Shown here piece after piece: positions 25,142 through 37,004 of a stretch of DNA of 64,000 bases. The DNA comes from Novakomyces olei (taxonomy: Eukaryota). The translations under genes and the position numbers were made by a program. The notes below the pieces were generated by a model. It was not told the DNA's origin. It saw only the letters and a program-made list of their open reading frames with translations, and ran no database searches. The DNA lies in assembly GCA_016906335.1 (NCBI GenBank), contig JADEYG010000007.1, forward strand, positions 1,798,001 to 1,862,000, in the 5' to 3' direction. Position 1 is the first letter of the stretch, and each line of letters starts with the position of its first letter.

Positions 25142-27827
25142 TCATGGTGTTAGGTAAGATCCCGTACGGAAGATATAGCCATGTTTGGCGAGCAAAAGTT
25201 CCCCGTAAACGTGTGGGGGGATAAATACAGAAACAAGAGACTCAGTGGGCTCAATTCCTTCATACTGAAAATACACAGGATCAATAAAAGTGCACAGATG
25301 ATCGTTAATCCATACAGAGGATTCCTTTAGATTCGACCCGCGAATCTCAAGGTTCTGATTTACTCGCTTGAGCTCTGTGATTACTGGAAAGCTGATCGAT
25401 GACGGTGATTGGGTGCCTGGCCCGTAAAATGTTGTATCCGTAAATCCCGTGGCTACGATGTTCCATAAGCTGGATATCTGGATACTTTCTTCCCAGGTAA
25501 TAACTGGTGTTCTTGGACTTTGATGATCCCAGCATCTCTCGCCTAGCATTTCCCCGTTATCTGCTTTGTTTGCCGTGTACATTCCGAATAGATTCGATGA
25601 TTTGTCATGAAATGATGCGTATTCCATCGATGATTTTTCTGCTTTAGGTATTTCTGTCATGCATGTTCTGCGAGGACTCTGCGCTGAGAGGCCGCTGATC
25701 TCATCTTGAACACACGACAGGTACTGCGTGAGCATCATGTCTCTATTCATTGCATCGGATAGTTCTAGGTTTTCATTATTAGATTTTGAGTGGACTTTTG
25801 AAGATGACGCAGAGTTTGGCATTGTTTGAGAAGATGGAATTTCGAATGCAACTTTAGCAAGCGAGTTTACGGGGTCTCTTAGATTTCCCGGGCTCTGACC
25901 TTGAACAAGTAGTCTGGTCTGTACTTTTCGCAAAATGAGTCGCTGGCTTCGCAATTTGGAAAAGCAAGATTCCAATACGACTTCACGATCGTACATCAAA
26001 GCAGGAGTGTGCTCATCCGGAAAATCACAGTTGAGATATTCACACATGTATATTTTGAATGGTTCCCATGTTGTTGTACTATTGCTCAGAATGCCGTATT
26101 CACTTGCAGAGAAGCTTGCGTCGTTTAGGGTCATTTGAGAGATTGCTCTGGCACTTGCCCTGGTATAGAGAAATTTTGTTGTTCCTGCTTGTCCTTTACT
26201 TCGGCTGAAAAGGCATACTGAGTCTCCATGATGCAAACTCATTTCTGAATTTATGAATGATCTTTTTTGTGATGGTTTGCTAATCACTGAAACTGGTGCT
26301 GATGCGAACGGTCCAAATACCTCATTTGTTGTTTCATCCGTTACTTGGATGTGTATAGCAATGTTTTTAATCCTCTCAATGCGGGAGTCAGGAAAGTAGA
26401 GATTTCTAAAATGACCTCTTGCCCAAACTACCCGTTTATTTGCATTATCATCTGAGACACCATGTGGGTCATATTGTTTTTGGCTGTTCTCTTTCACTAT
26501 TGTCTGCCCCTCTGCATCAAATTGCTCTGGTTTACATTCGTAATTTTCGTCCTGTGTTGCGCAAACAGATATTGCAGGCTGCCTTTCGATGCGATGATCT
26601 TCGTTATTGTCATAGCATGCCTCAAACCATGCCGTGCCAGTCAGGTGTATTAATAACGGCGGACAGAGATACCTAAATGATGTCAGCACATACTCTGATT
26701 GAAATCTGCACTGCTAAATACAACAAAATAATGTTCTAATCATTTTTCTTTGACTGTTTATTCCCTTTTTCTCCATCCTTTTCATGTGTTAATTTTCCCC
26801 AGTCTTCTCTTCGTCTGATTCTTTCTGTCTTCTTACTGCGTACTCTTGACGAAATGTATTATTTAATTACCTTCTCTCCACACCATAACTTTTTTGGGCT
26901 ATTAATCCCGAAAATATCTTGATGGATCGGGATTCTATTCTAGCTTTGCTCCTAGGATCCAGCATATTTTGGATGAGAGCCCTAACTGTGTTAATACTCG
27001 CTTGTCACAAATCAGGTAAGGGTAAAGGAGGAACAGTTGTCAAAGGACAAAGATACTAAAGACAAAAAAAGAACAAGAAAAAACTCAAAAACTTACTGTG
27101 TTTGCAATATCCAGCTATTATCTTTGTTTTCAACCGGGTATCGCCTGATACTACTTTGCTGTGGAGAGTTGTTACTGTACGGCAGATACGATGCCTTTTG
27201 CCGGGACACATGGCTTCTATCTCTCAAATTATGTCGGGGCGATAGCGATCTTCTTGAGGTTCTCCAGGGCTCTGTTATAGCGCTGTTTTGACCAAAATCT
27301 CCAGCTTCGATTGAAATTGCATTGCTGTTCATACTTGACTGTTCTCCTTCCCAATTACCGATAAAAGAAGCGTACGAACTCGGCATGGGGACATTGTTTT
27401 CGGCTCTCTGCTGTGATGATGACGATGAAAAATTTGACGTGTCATACAGCCGAGAGTTGCACAAAAGCTCTTCGTAGGACAGGATTGGATTATCATTGGG
27501 CTGGTAAATGCCATGTTCAACCGCATAGATGTCATCATTTGGCTGAGACATCTCGGCTGTTTGCCAGGCGGCAGCTGCCGCTACTCCGCCTCTTGTGCAC
27601 ATGCTCTTCAGCATGGACAAAGAGCTTTGTGATTGCGGGATGCTAGAGCTGCTGTCATCCTGGCTCTGTATGAAAGTGTCAAACGACGCGTTTGCATTTT
27701 CTTCGAGGATCTGTTGAGGGAGCACATTACCGACAATCAGTGAAGGATCGTCAAAGTAAGGCTGCGACAAGTCTTGCTGCGTAATCTCATCACGCGAACT
27801 AGACTCTTCGCCTGAGAATTTGCTCAT
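25142..27827 (-). CDS. CSL (CBF1/Su(H)/LAG-1) family transcription factor, Cbf11/Cbf12-like, 2 introns
   Basis: Middle exon AQKSYGVEK joins YLCPP; FRNLYFPDS, VISKPSQKR, VCLFSRSKGQ...TKFL, WEPF, LAKVAF; long low-complexity N-terminus. Confidence 0.85.
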
Positions 27828-29027
27828 AATGCAGTAAGCGCTACGAGTATTAGTTTCGCTTTGTAGCCATAACTTCCCAAAGACGGCTTTTTGGGTATTT
27901 ATAAGACTTCGCAGAGTTTTGTGGAACACTGCGGGAGATTTTCTGCTCGGGTTGAATGAGATCACAAAAACTTTCTAGGGGGAGGTGGTAGATGGAAGAA
28001 GGGAAGTTAAGGAAGAGATTAACAATGATAAAAGAATGAAAGAGAATCACGACAGCAGAGAAACGAAGAAGATATCAAAAAATTTTATATGTAGAGCACA
28101 AAGAACTTATTGTTCGTGCAGATCATTAATGGGGGGCATGTGATTTAAAGGCCTCATGAGGCGTTTTAGCCAATGATGTATCTATTTCAAGCTGGACTAA
28201 TCTTTATATTTATTTTCTTTCCCTTCATTCAAATGTATGTTTTTTGTTCTATTCTTTCTTTTTATTGTTATTTGATAAAAACCATCTGATGTTGTGGAAT
28301 TTGGAGAAAGGGATGGCATCGGCTGAGGACATTGAAGTTTGGTATCAGTCTCGCCACGAGGCAAAGGAAGGAAACGAAGAAGAAATCAGAAAATCGACCG
28401 ACTTTACGTAAGTCAAGTCAGAAGCTTTACATAAAAGTCGCGCGTGACCTCGCAGCGAGTCATGTGAAACAGCGGAAAGTAATAATTTACACATTAATAT
28501 CACCCAAAAAGGCAGTCTAACGAACTATTTTTGAGTCAAAACGCCTCGTATTGGGAAGTTTGGTGCAACATTCCCATCGCCTTGACATGCCAATCGCTCG
28601 AATAAAAGACGCAATAGATTGTATTATAGCGTATATGTAAGCAAACTAGTACACTTTCCAGCTATGAATCAATCTTTTTTGTAATTATTACATAAGATAT
28701 GGAGTAGAACGGAGATCAGAATGTGGATGAGACACCAATCATTCCTCATTTGAGATCAGAGCTAAAAGCTTTCCTTCCGTCTGCTGATTGTTTCGTTAAT
28801 TTTATAAACCTCTTTTGAGTTAAGTTTATAATACATTTGATTCAAACTTTTTACGTTTCATGACTGGACGGCTGTTGAATAATACATTATATTATTTTTA
28901 TTGTTGACTATGAAGTTTATCTACCCATAAATAGAATTGGCCAGTCAGCTGCTGTCAGCTGACCCGTACAGATACTTGTAAATGCCTCATGAGTACTCGT
29001 ACAATAAAATGATAAAAAACTTAGAGA

Positions 29028-29090
29028 TAATAAATAATAAATAATAAATAATAAATAATAAATAATAAATAATAAATAATAATCAAATAA
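29028..29090. repeat. (TAAATAA)n microsatellite, about 8 copies
   Basis: Directly visible 7-mer tandem array. Confidence 0.9.
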
Positions 29091-29235
29091 TCATTGTACA
29101 CGCTCGAGAGAATAAATGGTCGAGCAAGTACGAGCTGGCGGAATGTTGTAGCCGACAACATTGATTTATTAACAGACAGCAATGATAAATTTGAAGCAAA
29201 TTGTAAGGCTTTCAAATTTTTTACTATTCGTAAGC

Positions 29236-32010
29236 TCAAGTACCATTCTGGTTCTGTTTTATTAGCCGCCAAACCTGTGTCATCGCATCATCCACAGCGG
29301 CGCTTGTTCGGAGACGATCAGGCGCTTTGGAGCGCGCAGGGTCGGCAAAAGGATTCTCGTTTGGTATAATTGACAATGTGCTAGAGCTTCCAATTGAGCT
29401 TTTTGTATAATGGCTTGAAGTGGGTCTCGAATGATAGTGACCATGGGAACTACATTTTTTGTGTTGACCAATTAATTGATCAAGTGCTGCTGAATTGTCT
29501 TGATACGGAGTCACTGCCCTTGACTCGGCAGGCGAAGAAAGAATGGATTCTTTTTCGTTGCTTTGTGAAATATCTGACGGTGCCACAGAAGGAGTCCTTT
29601 GAATTGGCGCCCTTGCTTGCACCTGCTTTACTCGATCTGAGTTTGGTGCAATAGACGGCAAGCCTCTTGTTTCATTGCTAAACATGACCGGGCTCTCGTG
29701 ACTTTTGCCTTTATTCCTCTTCCGCTCTTCGTCAAGGGTTATCAAGTCAGGTACAGTTAACGAAGAGGATGATGATAAAGACAAAGAGGAAGGCGGACTG
29801 GCGTTTACGACTCGCAATTTCAGTTTTGGCGCTGTGAATGAAAGATCTCTGTCTGGACTGGCTACCTGTACCATTCGTTGATTCATGTCGTTCTCTTCGT
29901 TATACGAGGGTTTCCAGCGCTGTGGGGATTGAGGATTATAATCCATCGTTTCCCTCTGCCTACTGCTGACCACTGAGCCTGGTGACCATCTGTTGGCCGA
30001 TTCAGCTGTGACACGTTGCCGATGGTCATTGCCTGCTGAACTCATCGGAGACCGTGAGGCAATATTGTGGGCCATCGCTGGCAGAGTCAGGCCACGGTCA
30101 GCGGCGGGCTGTGATGCTGTTAAATCCCTCGTTTCGTTGTTGTGATTCACATTATTTAAAATCTTATTTCCGTAATTGTCTTTATTGTAGTTGTAACTAT
30201 CATTGCCGTAACCATATTTTTTGTTGGCAATACTATTTATACTGTTATTGTCATCGAACGGATTTCGCATAGGCAGCGGTCGACCCGTTTGACCTCCCCG
30301 TTGAGCATGCATCGTGGCCCAGGCAGGCAAAGTGAATTCCGAGTCGTGATTGAACTCGTGATCATTACTATTGCCATGGAACCACCATTCATCTGGCGGA
30401 TCTAGTGACGGCATACGCAAATGTGTGTCTGAGCCCGACTTGTTTCGCCTTCGAATGCGTGAAATAAGTGTCTTAAAGAAGGACTGTTTGCCATAAGGAC
30501 CGGTGAGCATGAGCTGGCTATTATCCCTTGTGTAAGGAGCGTTTTGGGTCCACTGAAGGCGCCGATGCCTACGACGCCAGAAATAATAGTAGCAAAGTCC
30601 TATAATAGTGCCGGCAAACAGAAGCGAACCAAGAACTGCACATACAGCAATAGCGGCAATGCTGCCTTTGCTCAATCTTTGCCTATTTCTTGTTGTGCCT
30701 GTACGAGTCGGGCTGTCGTTGCTGTTGCTGTTTCCATTACTACTGTTTTCCTGATCTCTCCATATTGTTTTAAGCTGGGAGGATGGCCGGTACTCTGATG
30801 ACCAAGCACCGGTATCAGCAGCAAATGAATACAAAACAAAAGGCGAAGCCATTGTGCCATTGTCGTATTTACCGAAACCAAAAATCGCAGTGCCGTCCGG
30901 TAGCATTACACCTGCTGCTCCACGTAGTCCAGAAAGACTGGCTTCCGTATCGGCACCCGGTGAGATGTCTGCTGCTGCCGAGCTCATCTTTAGGGACAAA
31001 TTGTCTAGTGTGAAATTGAGAAAGCTTGGTGTCGCACTCGTACCGTCAACCGACCCACCTATGAGAAACATCATAGTTTTGTTGCCATCTGCAATATCCT
31101 TATGCCCCAGCATGAGATGATCCTGCCGCGGTGTAACGCTGCTAGCACCGCCGTCGGTCGACAGGAAGGGTTCCTGCTGTTGAGTAGAGACGTAGAGCCA
31201 GGTTCCAGACTCCGTATCAAACGTTGCCCATTGATCGAGACCTACATAAGTGCGCTGCCCGCTCTGCCTTGCTGTTTCCCCAGAGCTTATAAACGCGTTT
31301 TTGCCGTCAAACCAGAGCCCAAATCCTCGCTCGGATACTGGACGCGTCGCGCTGCTTGAATTGAGCGTAGACCATGAAGAATTGGCGGTGTAATACACAT
31401 TCATCTCATTGTAGAGACGAGCATTCACGTCCGATTCGGAACAGGCACTCTGGCCACCAAAATAATATATTTTACCGTCCGAGGCAAAAGCTCCAGCCTG
31501 TGTTCTTCGGACGATAGGCTGCTCTTCGTCCCCTGGCCCCTCACTAATATTTTCGTTATGCGTCAGAGATGGAGACAATGACCATGTCCCTGCTGAAAGG
31601 TTGTAAACCTGTAACAAGGGCACATTTGTGCAGTTTGATTCTTGGGTCTCCCCTAACGAGCCTCCAATGACATAGAGCTGATCTCCGATGGCAGCGGCAC
31701 TGGCAAATGCAACATTATATGCCAAATCTGCGATTCTTGTCCATTTCGGACTTTGCAACGAAAACGAGTTCTCCAGATCGAGTTTCCAAGCATCTCCTAG
31801 AATGTCTCCATCTTTGTTGTATCCACCGGCTAAGTATAGGCTTTTAGAATCAGCCGATAACAGTGACGCCGCTCCATATCTCGACTCCGGTGAAGCGTTA
31901 GAGGTAGCATGCGCATTTTGCTCTGCTGGTGCGGCTGCAGCAAAGATCAGTTGCGCAGACAGAACGAGAAGGAAGACTTTAAGGTTGTGTATTTTGCTGG
32001 ACCACTGCAT
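29236..32010 (-). CDS. Type I membrane protein with extracellular kelch repeats and a long disordered cytoplasmic tail
   Basis: Signal peptide, LYLAGG, LYVIGG, IYYFGG, FLIGG kelch motifs, TM segment IAAIAVCAVLGSLLFAGTIIGLCYYYFW followed by RRRHRR. Confidence 0.8.
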   Translation of the reverse strand: MQWSSKIHNLKVFLLVLSAQLIFAAAAPAEQNAHATSNASPESRYGAASLLSADSKSLYLAGGYNKDGDILGDAWKLDLENSFSLQSPKWTRIADLAYNVAFASAAAIGDQLYVIGGSLGETQESNCTNVPLLQVYNLSAGTWSLSPSLTHNENISEGPGDEEQPIVRRTQAGAFASDGKIYYFGGQSACSESDVNARLYNEMNVYYTANSSWSTLNSSSATRPVSERGFGLWFDGKNAFISSGETARQSGQRTYVGLDQWATFDTESGTWLYVSTQQQEPFLSTDGGASSVTPRQDHLMLGHKDIADGNKTMMFLIGGSVDGTSATPSFLNFTLDNLSLKMSSAAADISPGADTEASLSGLRGAAGVMLPDGTAIFGFGKYDNGTMASPFVLYSFAADTGAWSSEYRPSSQLKTIWRDQENSSNGNSNSNDSPTRTGTTRNRQRLSKGSIAAIAVCAVLGSLLFAGTIIGLCYYYFWRRRHRRLQWTQNAPYTRDNSQLMLTGPYGKQSFFKTLISRIRRRNKSGSDTHLRMPSLDPPDEWWFHGNSNDHEFNHDSEFTLPAWATMHAQRGGQTGRPLPMRNPFDDNNSINSIANKKYGYGNDSYNYNKDNYGNKILNNVNHNNETRDLTASQPAADRGLTLPAMAHNIASRSPMSSAGNDHRQRVTAESANRWSPGSVVSSRQRETMDYNPQSPQRWKPSYNEENDMNQRMVQVASPDRDLSFTAPKLKLRVVNASPPSSLSLSSSSSLTVPDLITLDEERKRNKGKSHESPVMFSNETRGLPSIAPNSDRVKQVQARAPIQRTPSVAPSDISQSNEKESILSSPAESRAVTPYQDNSAALDQLIGQHKKCSSHGHYHSRPTSSHYTKSSIGSSSTLSIIPNENPFADPARSKAPDRLRTSAAVDDAMTQVWRLIKQNQNGT

Positions 32011-33286
32011 AGATGAAAACGAACAAGAGAAATGTGTTGATAATTGCAAAGAAATTTATTTGAAAGGAAGGAAGTTTGCCGAACAAGAAAAGATTGGATA
32101 GATTAGCGGAATGGGAACAAAAAGCCGCTCTTCACTGCTCAATTCGATTCGATTCTTAATGATCTTAATGAGCAGAGAGCAAAATATTAAGGCACTACCA
32201 AGTAGAGAAGACTAGTACGTACCAGTGCGCTTGAAAAAATAAAAAATAAAAGTGGAAAAGAAAAAGAAGAGGCCAGTCTCTGTTCCGGACAGAGACTGCA
32301 AGTAGTTTGTGAGATGACCCAGAGCCAGCTGGGTCACGAGAGCAATTTTAACTTAATTGAACAATTTTGTTGTCGCCTTGTCGCGAAGCACTATGATCGA
32401 TTGTTTACATAGTAAACAGACGGTTGCTAGACAGTTATTATGTAAATATATTAGCAAGTAATAGTATAAGCCAAAATTAAGAAGGATTTGAACTATTCTG
32501 TAAAGAAAATAATAAGTAATGGATGAAATGAGCATATGCACGTGAAGTTCAAGCTGCCAAAGAAATAAGACGGTGTTCAATTTATAAGGATAATCGGAAT
32601 AGCTTGCGAAAGAGCCTTCTATAGCTTGGCAAATTATGATCTTAAAATATAAGAATAATTTTAATCTATGTACAATAATTTTCGAGTGTAATGGCATTTT
32701 TTTGGCATTCTAAATTGCCGCTTTTCATACGGCTGTAGCTTTAGATAGGAGGAATGCAAAACAATTGTTGAAATCTAACATATAAGCTCATATTTTTAGA
32801 TGACTTGAAGAGACTGCACGGTGCAAATCGTCTGCTATGAACCATTTGGATGAAAGCTTCCCGTGCGATAGCCTTTTCGGCATAACGACAGCACAGGTGT
32901 TAGGAATTTATCTAGTCTAACTAAATCAGATTTTGCATATAGCAGCCCTCACCATCATCCAGCCGGTTGATTGTTGCATACTGGCTGCCCGTCCGCTTTG
33001 GTATGAGCCAGAAAACTTGGAGGTAAAACTCATTGTCACAAGCGCAAAATGCAAATTAAGAGATTCCTCACCCATATTTCCAACATGCGATATGCTGTAT
33101 TGCAAAGACAAGCGTTTCAGAACGAAGAGCGGCTCAGCTGACAACCTTTAGGTGGATGACACGCGATTTCCATGTGCGCAACCCTAGTCCAAAGTCGAGG
33201 CGCTAGCAATGGCAGTGACACTGAAAATTGAATCAGTACTTGGTGAAATGTGTAATAAATAGGGTTGCAAGTGTTGCAAGTTAAGA

Positions 33287-33577
33287 TCATTCAATTGCAC
33301 TCTCTAATTCTTCAATATCATAGATGACCCTTATCATCAAAGAGCAAGACTGACATCGAGCGATATCTTCCTCATCCCGAAGTTCATCCTTTAAAAATCA
33401 GCAAATGCGTTGATTAGGCGTGTAAGAGAAATTAAAAAACAAACATTTGAACCTTACAATAGAGATTTCAAACTGATCGCCACAAGGGCATGGAAAGTGA
33501 AAAATTTGCTTTGCTTTGTCCCAAGTCATGTCCTCAATCTCGACCTCATCGTAAATCGAAATAGTCTCTAGACTCAT
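33287..33577 (-). CDS. DPH3: Diphthamide biosynthesis protein Dph3/Kti11 (CSL zinc finger), 73 aa; exons 33577-33458 and 33388-33287
   Basis: [40 protein letters not shown] / [24 protein letters not shown]; intron GTAAGG...GCTGAT...AAG. Not in the ORF track. Confidence 0.93.
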
Positions 33578-33896
33578 GGCGCCTTGCCTCGGCCTACGAA
33601 ATACACAATGTCTCAGTATTGCTTCAGACTAGGTCAAAACTAGCTCTTTTCTGATGTTTAAAACTGAATTTTATTGTCGAGCATTTAGATATGTTTTTTT
33701 TAAAGTTAATTATTTTTCTTCTATTACATTGTGCCAGCTACAAACCGTAACACCATTTACAAGTTTGATGGGATAAAAAATAATAATACAATGTATATAC
33801 ACCATAATATAATTGATATATTTTATTCCACCCAGAGGCCAAACAAAAATTTTTCCCATCACAAAACCTCTGTTTAAGCATCCACGAGGCGTCGCC

Positions 33897-35108
33897 ATGT
33901 TTAGATCACATATCTTCGCCAAGTCGCGAGCTCTCTCGCGCAATGGACGTGGCCTTAGCTCTACTCTTTCAATGAATCGTCGCATGCTATCATCTGGGCT
34001 ATTGCGTCGCACTGCACTTGCATCGGCTCTGTCTCCCGCAGCAATGCAACAGACACGTGCTTTCAAAAGCATGGATTTTGCTGGTACCAAGGAACCAGTA
34101 TGGGATCGTGACGATTGGCCTCGCCAAAAATTGCAGGACTATTTCAAAAATGACACTTTGGCCTTGATCGGATACGGATCTCAAGGTCACGGCCAGGGTC
34201 TTAATGCTCGTGATAATGGACTGAATGTCATTATCGGTGTGCGCAAAGATGGACCTTCTTGGAAGCAGGCCATTGAGGATGGTTGGGTTCCTGGAAAGAA
34301 CCTTTTTGATGTCGAAGAGGCTATCAAGAAGGGAACTATCATAATGAACTTGCTATCAGATGCTGCTCAGTCGCAGACCTGGGAGAAGATTGCGCCTCTC
34401 ATCACCAAGGGCAAGACCTTATATTTCTCTCACGGCTTCTCCGTTGTATACAAGGATCAAACTCACGTTGTTCCCCCAAAGGACGTTGATGTTATCCTTG
34501 TTGCTCCAAAAGGTTCCGGCCGCACTGTGCGTACCTTGTTTAAAGAAGGTCGCGGAATAAATTCTTCCATCGCTGTATTCCAAGATGTTACTGGCAAAGC
34601 AGAGGAAAAGGCTGTTGCTCTCGCAATTGGCGTAGGCTCCGGTTTTGTGTATAAGACTACTTTTGAGAAGGAGGTCTGGTCTGATCTTGTGGGTGAGCGT
34701 GGATGCCTTATGGGCGGAATTAATGGTCTTTTCCTTGCTCAGTACCAGGTTCTGAGGGAGCGTGGCCATTCACCTGCAGAAGCATTTAACGAGACTGTTG
34801 AGGAAGCCACCCAGTCCCTATACCCGCTCATTGGCAAGCACGGCATGGATTACATGTTTGAAGCGTGCTCGACTACGGCTCGCCGTGGAGCTTTGGACTG
34901 GACGCCTCGATTCTTAGAAGCAAACAAGAAGGTCCTGAACGATCTCTATGATGCCGTTAAGGATGGTAGCGAAGCTAAGCGCTCTCTTGAATACAATGGC
35001 GCTCCTGACTATCGCGAGCGCTTTGCTAAGGAGATGGATGAGATTAGAGCTCAGGAAATCTGGAAGGCTGGACAGACCGTTCGTAAACTTCGTCCTGAAA
35101 ACCAATAA
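33897..35108 (+). CDS. ILV5: Mitochondrial ketol-acid reductoisomerase
   Basis: IGYGSQGHGQGLNARDNG, YFSHGFS, VAPKGSG, SDLVGERGCLMG, CSTTARRGA, VRKLRPEN; Arg-rich presequence. Confidence 0.97.
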   Translation: MFRSHIFAKSRALSRNGRGLSSTLSMNRRMLSSGLLRRTALASALSPAAMQQTRAFKSMDFAGTKEPVWDRDDWPRQKLQDYFKNDTLALIGYGSQGHGQGLNARDNGLNVIIGVRKDGPSWKQAIEDGWVPGKNLFDVEEAIKKGTIIMNLLSDAAQSQTWEKIAPLITKGKTLYFSHGFSVVYKDQTHVVPPKDVDVILVAPKGSGRTVRTLFKEGRGINSSIAVFQDVTGKAEEKAVALAIGVGSGFVYKTTFEKEVWSDLVGERGCLMGGINGLFLAQYQVLRERGHSPAEAFNETVEEATQSLYPLIGKHGMDYMFEACSTTARRGALDWTPRFLEANKKVLNDLYDAVKDGSEAKRSLEYNGAPDYRERFAKEMDEIRAQEIWKAGQTVRKLRPENQ

Positions 35109-35244
35109 ATATATGTATGAAGCGTTTTTATACATTTTTGATTAAGTGATAGGTGTCTTTGCAATATCTCTCAATTTGATTAGTTATTGTCAATAAGCAT
35201 ATAATTAAGAGCTCCTACCCTACATAAACAATTAAAACACCATC

Positions 35245-36818
35245 CTACTCCAATCTTTTCCTCTTTTTCGGTTGCTCTTGAGACATTGTGTGTTCATCTA
35301 TGATGATATCAGGCTGTAAATATTTATTCTCCCCTTTGAGAATATGCTGAGGCGTCGATTGAGAGCCCCTGACAAATTTGGCCACAAAAAATCCAATGGT
35401 CCCGGCTGCACCTGGCTCGCATCTGATACAGCCTCCAGCATTATCTTTGTCCTTAAAGTATTCGTCTAATCCGCGATTTGGCCAGAAGGGAAGCATGCTT
35501 TGCTGGCCAGCTAAAGTCCATCCTCCTTGTATGGCAACTTCAGACTCAAGTACAGCTTCAACGACAATCTCATTTTCAATTGCATGAATAGAGCAAGTTG
35601 AATACGTTATAACTTGAGCTTTAGGGAATTTCATTGCATGTTCAACAATGCGTCTTTGGAAATTTGATAGTGCAGTTAGGCGTTCGGTTTGACTAGCTTC
35701 CATCTTCTCCCTCGTACCAGTCTCCTCTAATAAAAAGTCGAGCCTATTAATTATTCCAGACCCAGAACAGCTTGGATCTAGAAGAATATGACTCGCTTGA
35801 TATATTTTATCGGAATCATTCGCTTTATCGGGATTTATTTGCAAAAAATCCATGTTTCGTACGTTGACTCTAGCGCCAGCTTTATTCAGCATTTGCTTGA
35901 GCATTTCACATCTTTTCGCGTCCCTCTCTACAGCGAAAATTAATCCAATTGAGCGTTTATTTTTCCTATATTGAAGGTCAGCCAAAAGACTAGTTTTATT
36001 TCCTGGCGCAGCACAGGCATCGATGACAATAGCGTCATCTGGAGGATCTAGTATCAAGGCAGGTAGCATACTAGCCTTATCCTGTATTATTAGGCGACCT
36101 TCAAGATAGTCAACATTTGTCGAAAGATCGTGTTTTCCGTCTATTGCAAATACAAATTCCAAAGAGGGGTCTTTGTATATCTTTCCTGGACCTAATTCTT
36201 CGAGAGATTTCACCCACTTGAGCTTTCCAAGCCTTTCAAGAACCTGATCCGGTTCTGATCTTAAACTATTGATTCGTATCCATCTTGCAATCTTTATGTC
36301 TAGGAAGTCAGCAATGGGTAATCAACAGATTTTGAACACACACCTGATTCGACTTTGGCTAAGTCGCGTATGTCTGATACCTTCTGACGCACCATGATTC
36401 TTTTCAGTTCCGCAGAAAGTCTTACTCTGTGCTTAAGTATTATTTTTTCAAGCCTATTGGGGTTCGTAGGGAAGTTCTGACGGCGTATGAAAAGATCGTA
36501 GACCAGCACCAATGCAACATTTTCGCTGAGCTAAACGAATAGTTAGAAAACCGACGGTTTACTTATGGTCGTCGTACTGTCTTTTCAAGTTTAAGAAGCT
36601 GAGAAATTTTGAGCATTTTAATTAACACATTACGATCTGTTTTAATCATTGTTAGCATGATTCCAGAGGTAGTATGATTTACATTTTAACACTTCGCAAA
36701 CAAATCCGAACGTTCGCTTGGGATTTTTGACATTTTTTGAGAAACAAAGAGACTTTACAGATCCTTTCTTTTGTTCGAGCTTTGTTAAAACATCGGCCAC
36801 TTCCTTGAAAAACTCCAT
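35245..36818 (-). CDS. RCM1: 25S rRNA m5C methyltransferase Rcm1/NSUN5-like (NOL1/NOP2/Sun), about 3 introns
   Basis: IIQDKAS, IDACAAPGNKTS, LLDPSCSGSG, TYSTCSIHAIENE, GFFVAKF; N-terminal KGSVKSL, LVYDL, RWIRIN. Confidence 0.85.
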
Positions 36819-37004
36819 TGAGCCAATCTGAATTACAGACACAAACTCATGAGCCTGAGTGTTTTGAGCAACTCAACTTCAATGTCGGCCGGCCCCTAAA
36901 CGATAATAATTGCCAATAAATTTTGAGTTATGTTGTATTCATGTGTTGAATTATTGGAGTTATTTTGAAGTTCGAATGGTTTATCTAATAATTTATTGTA
37001 AAGT

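Noticed and set aside
32353-33151. Short ORFs between the kelch gene and DPH3
   Set aside because: No recognisable domain or consistent splice model
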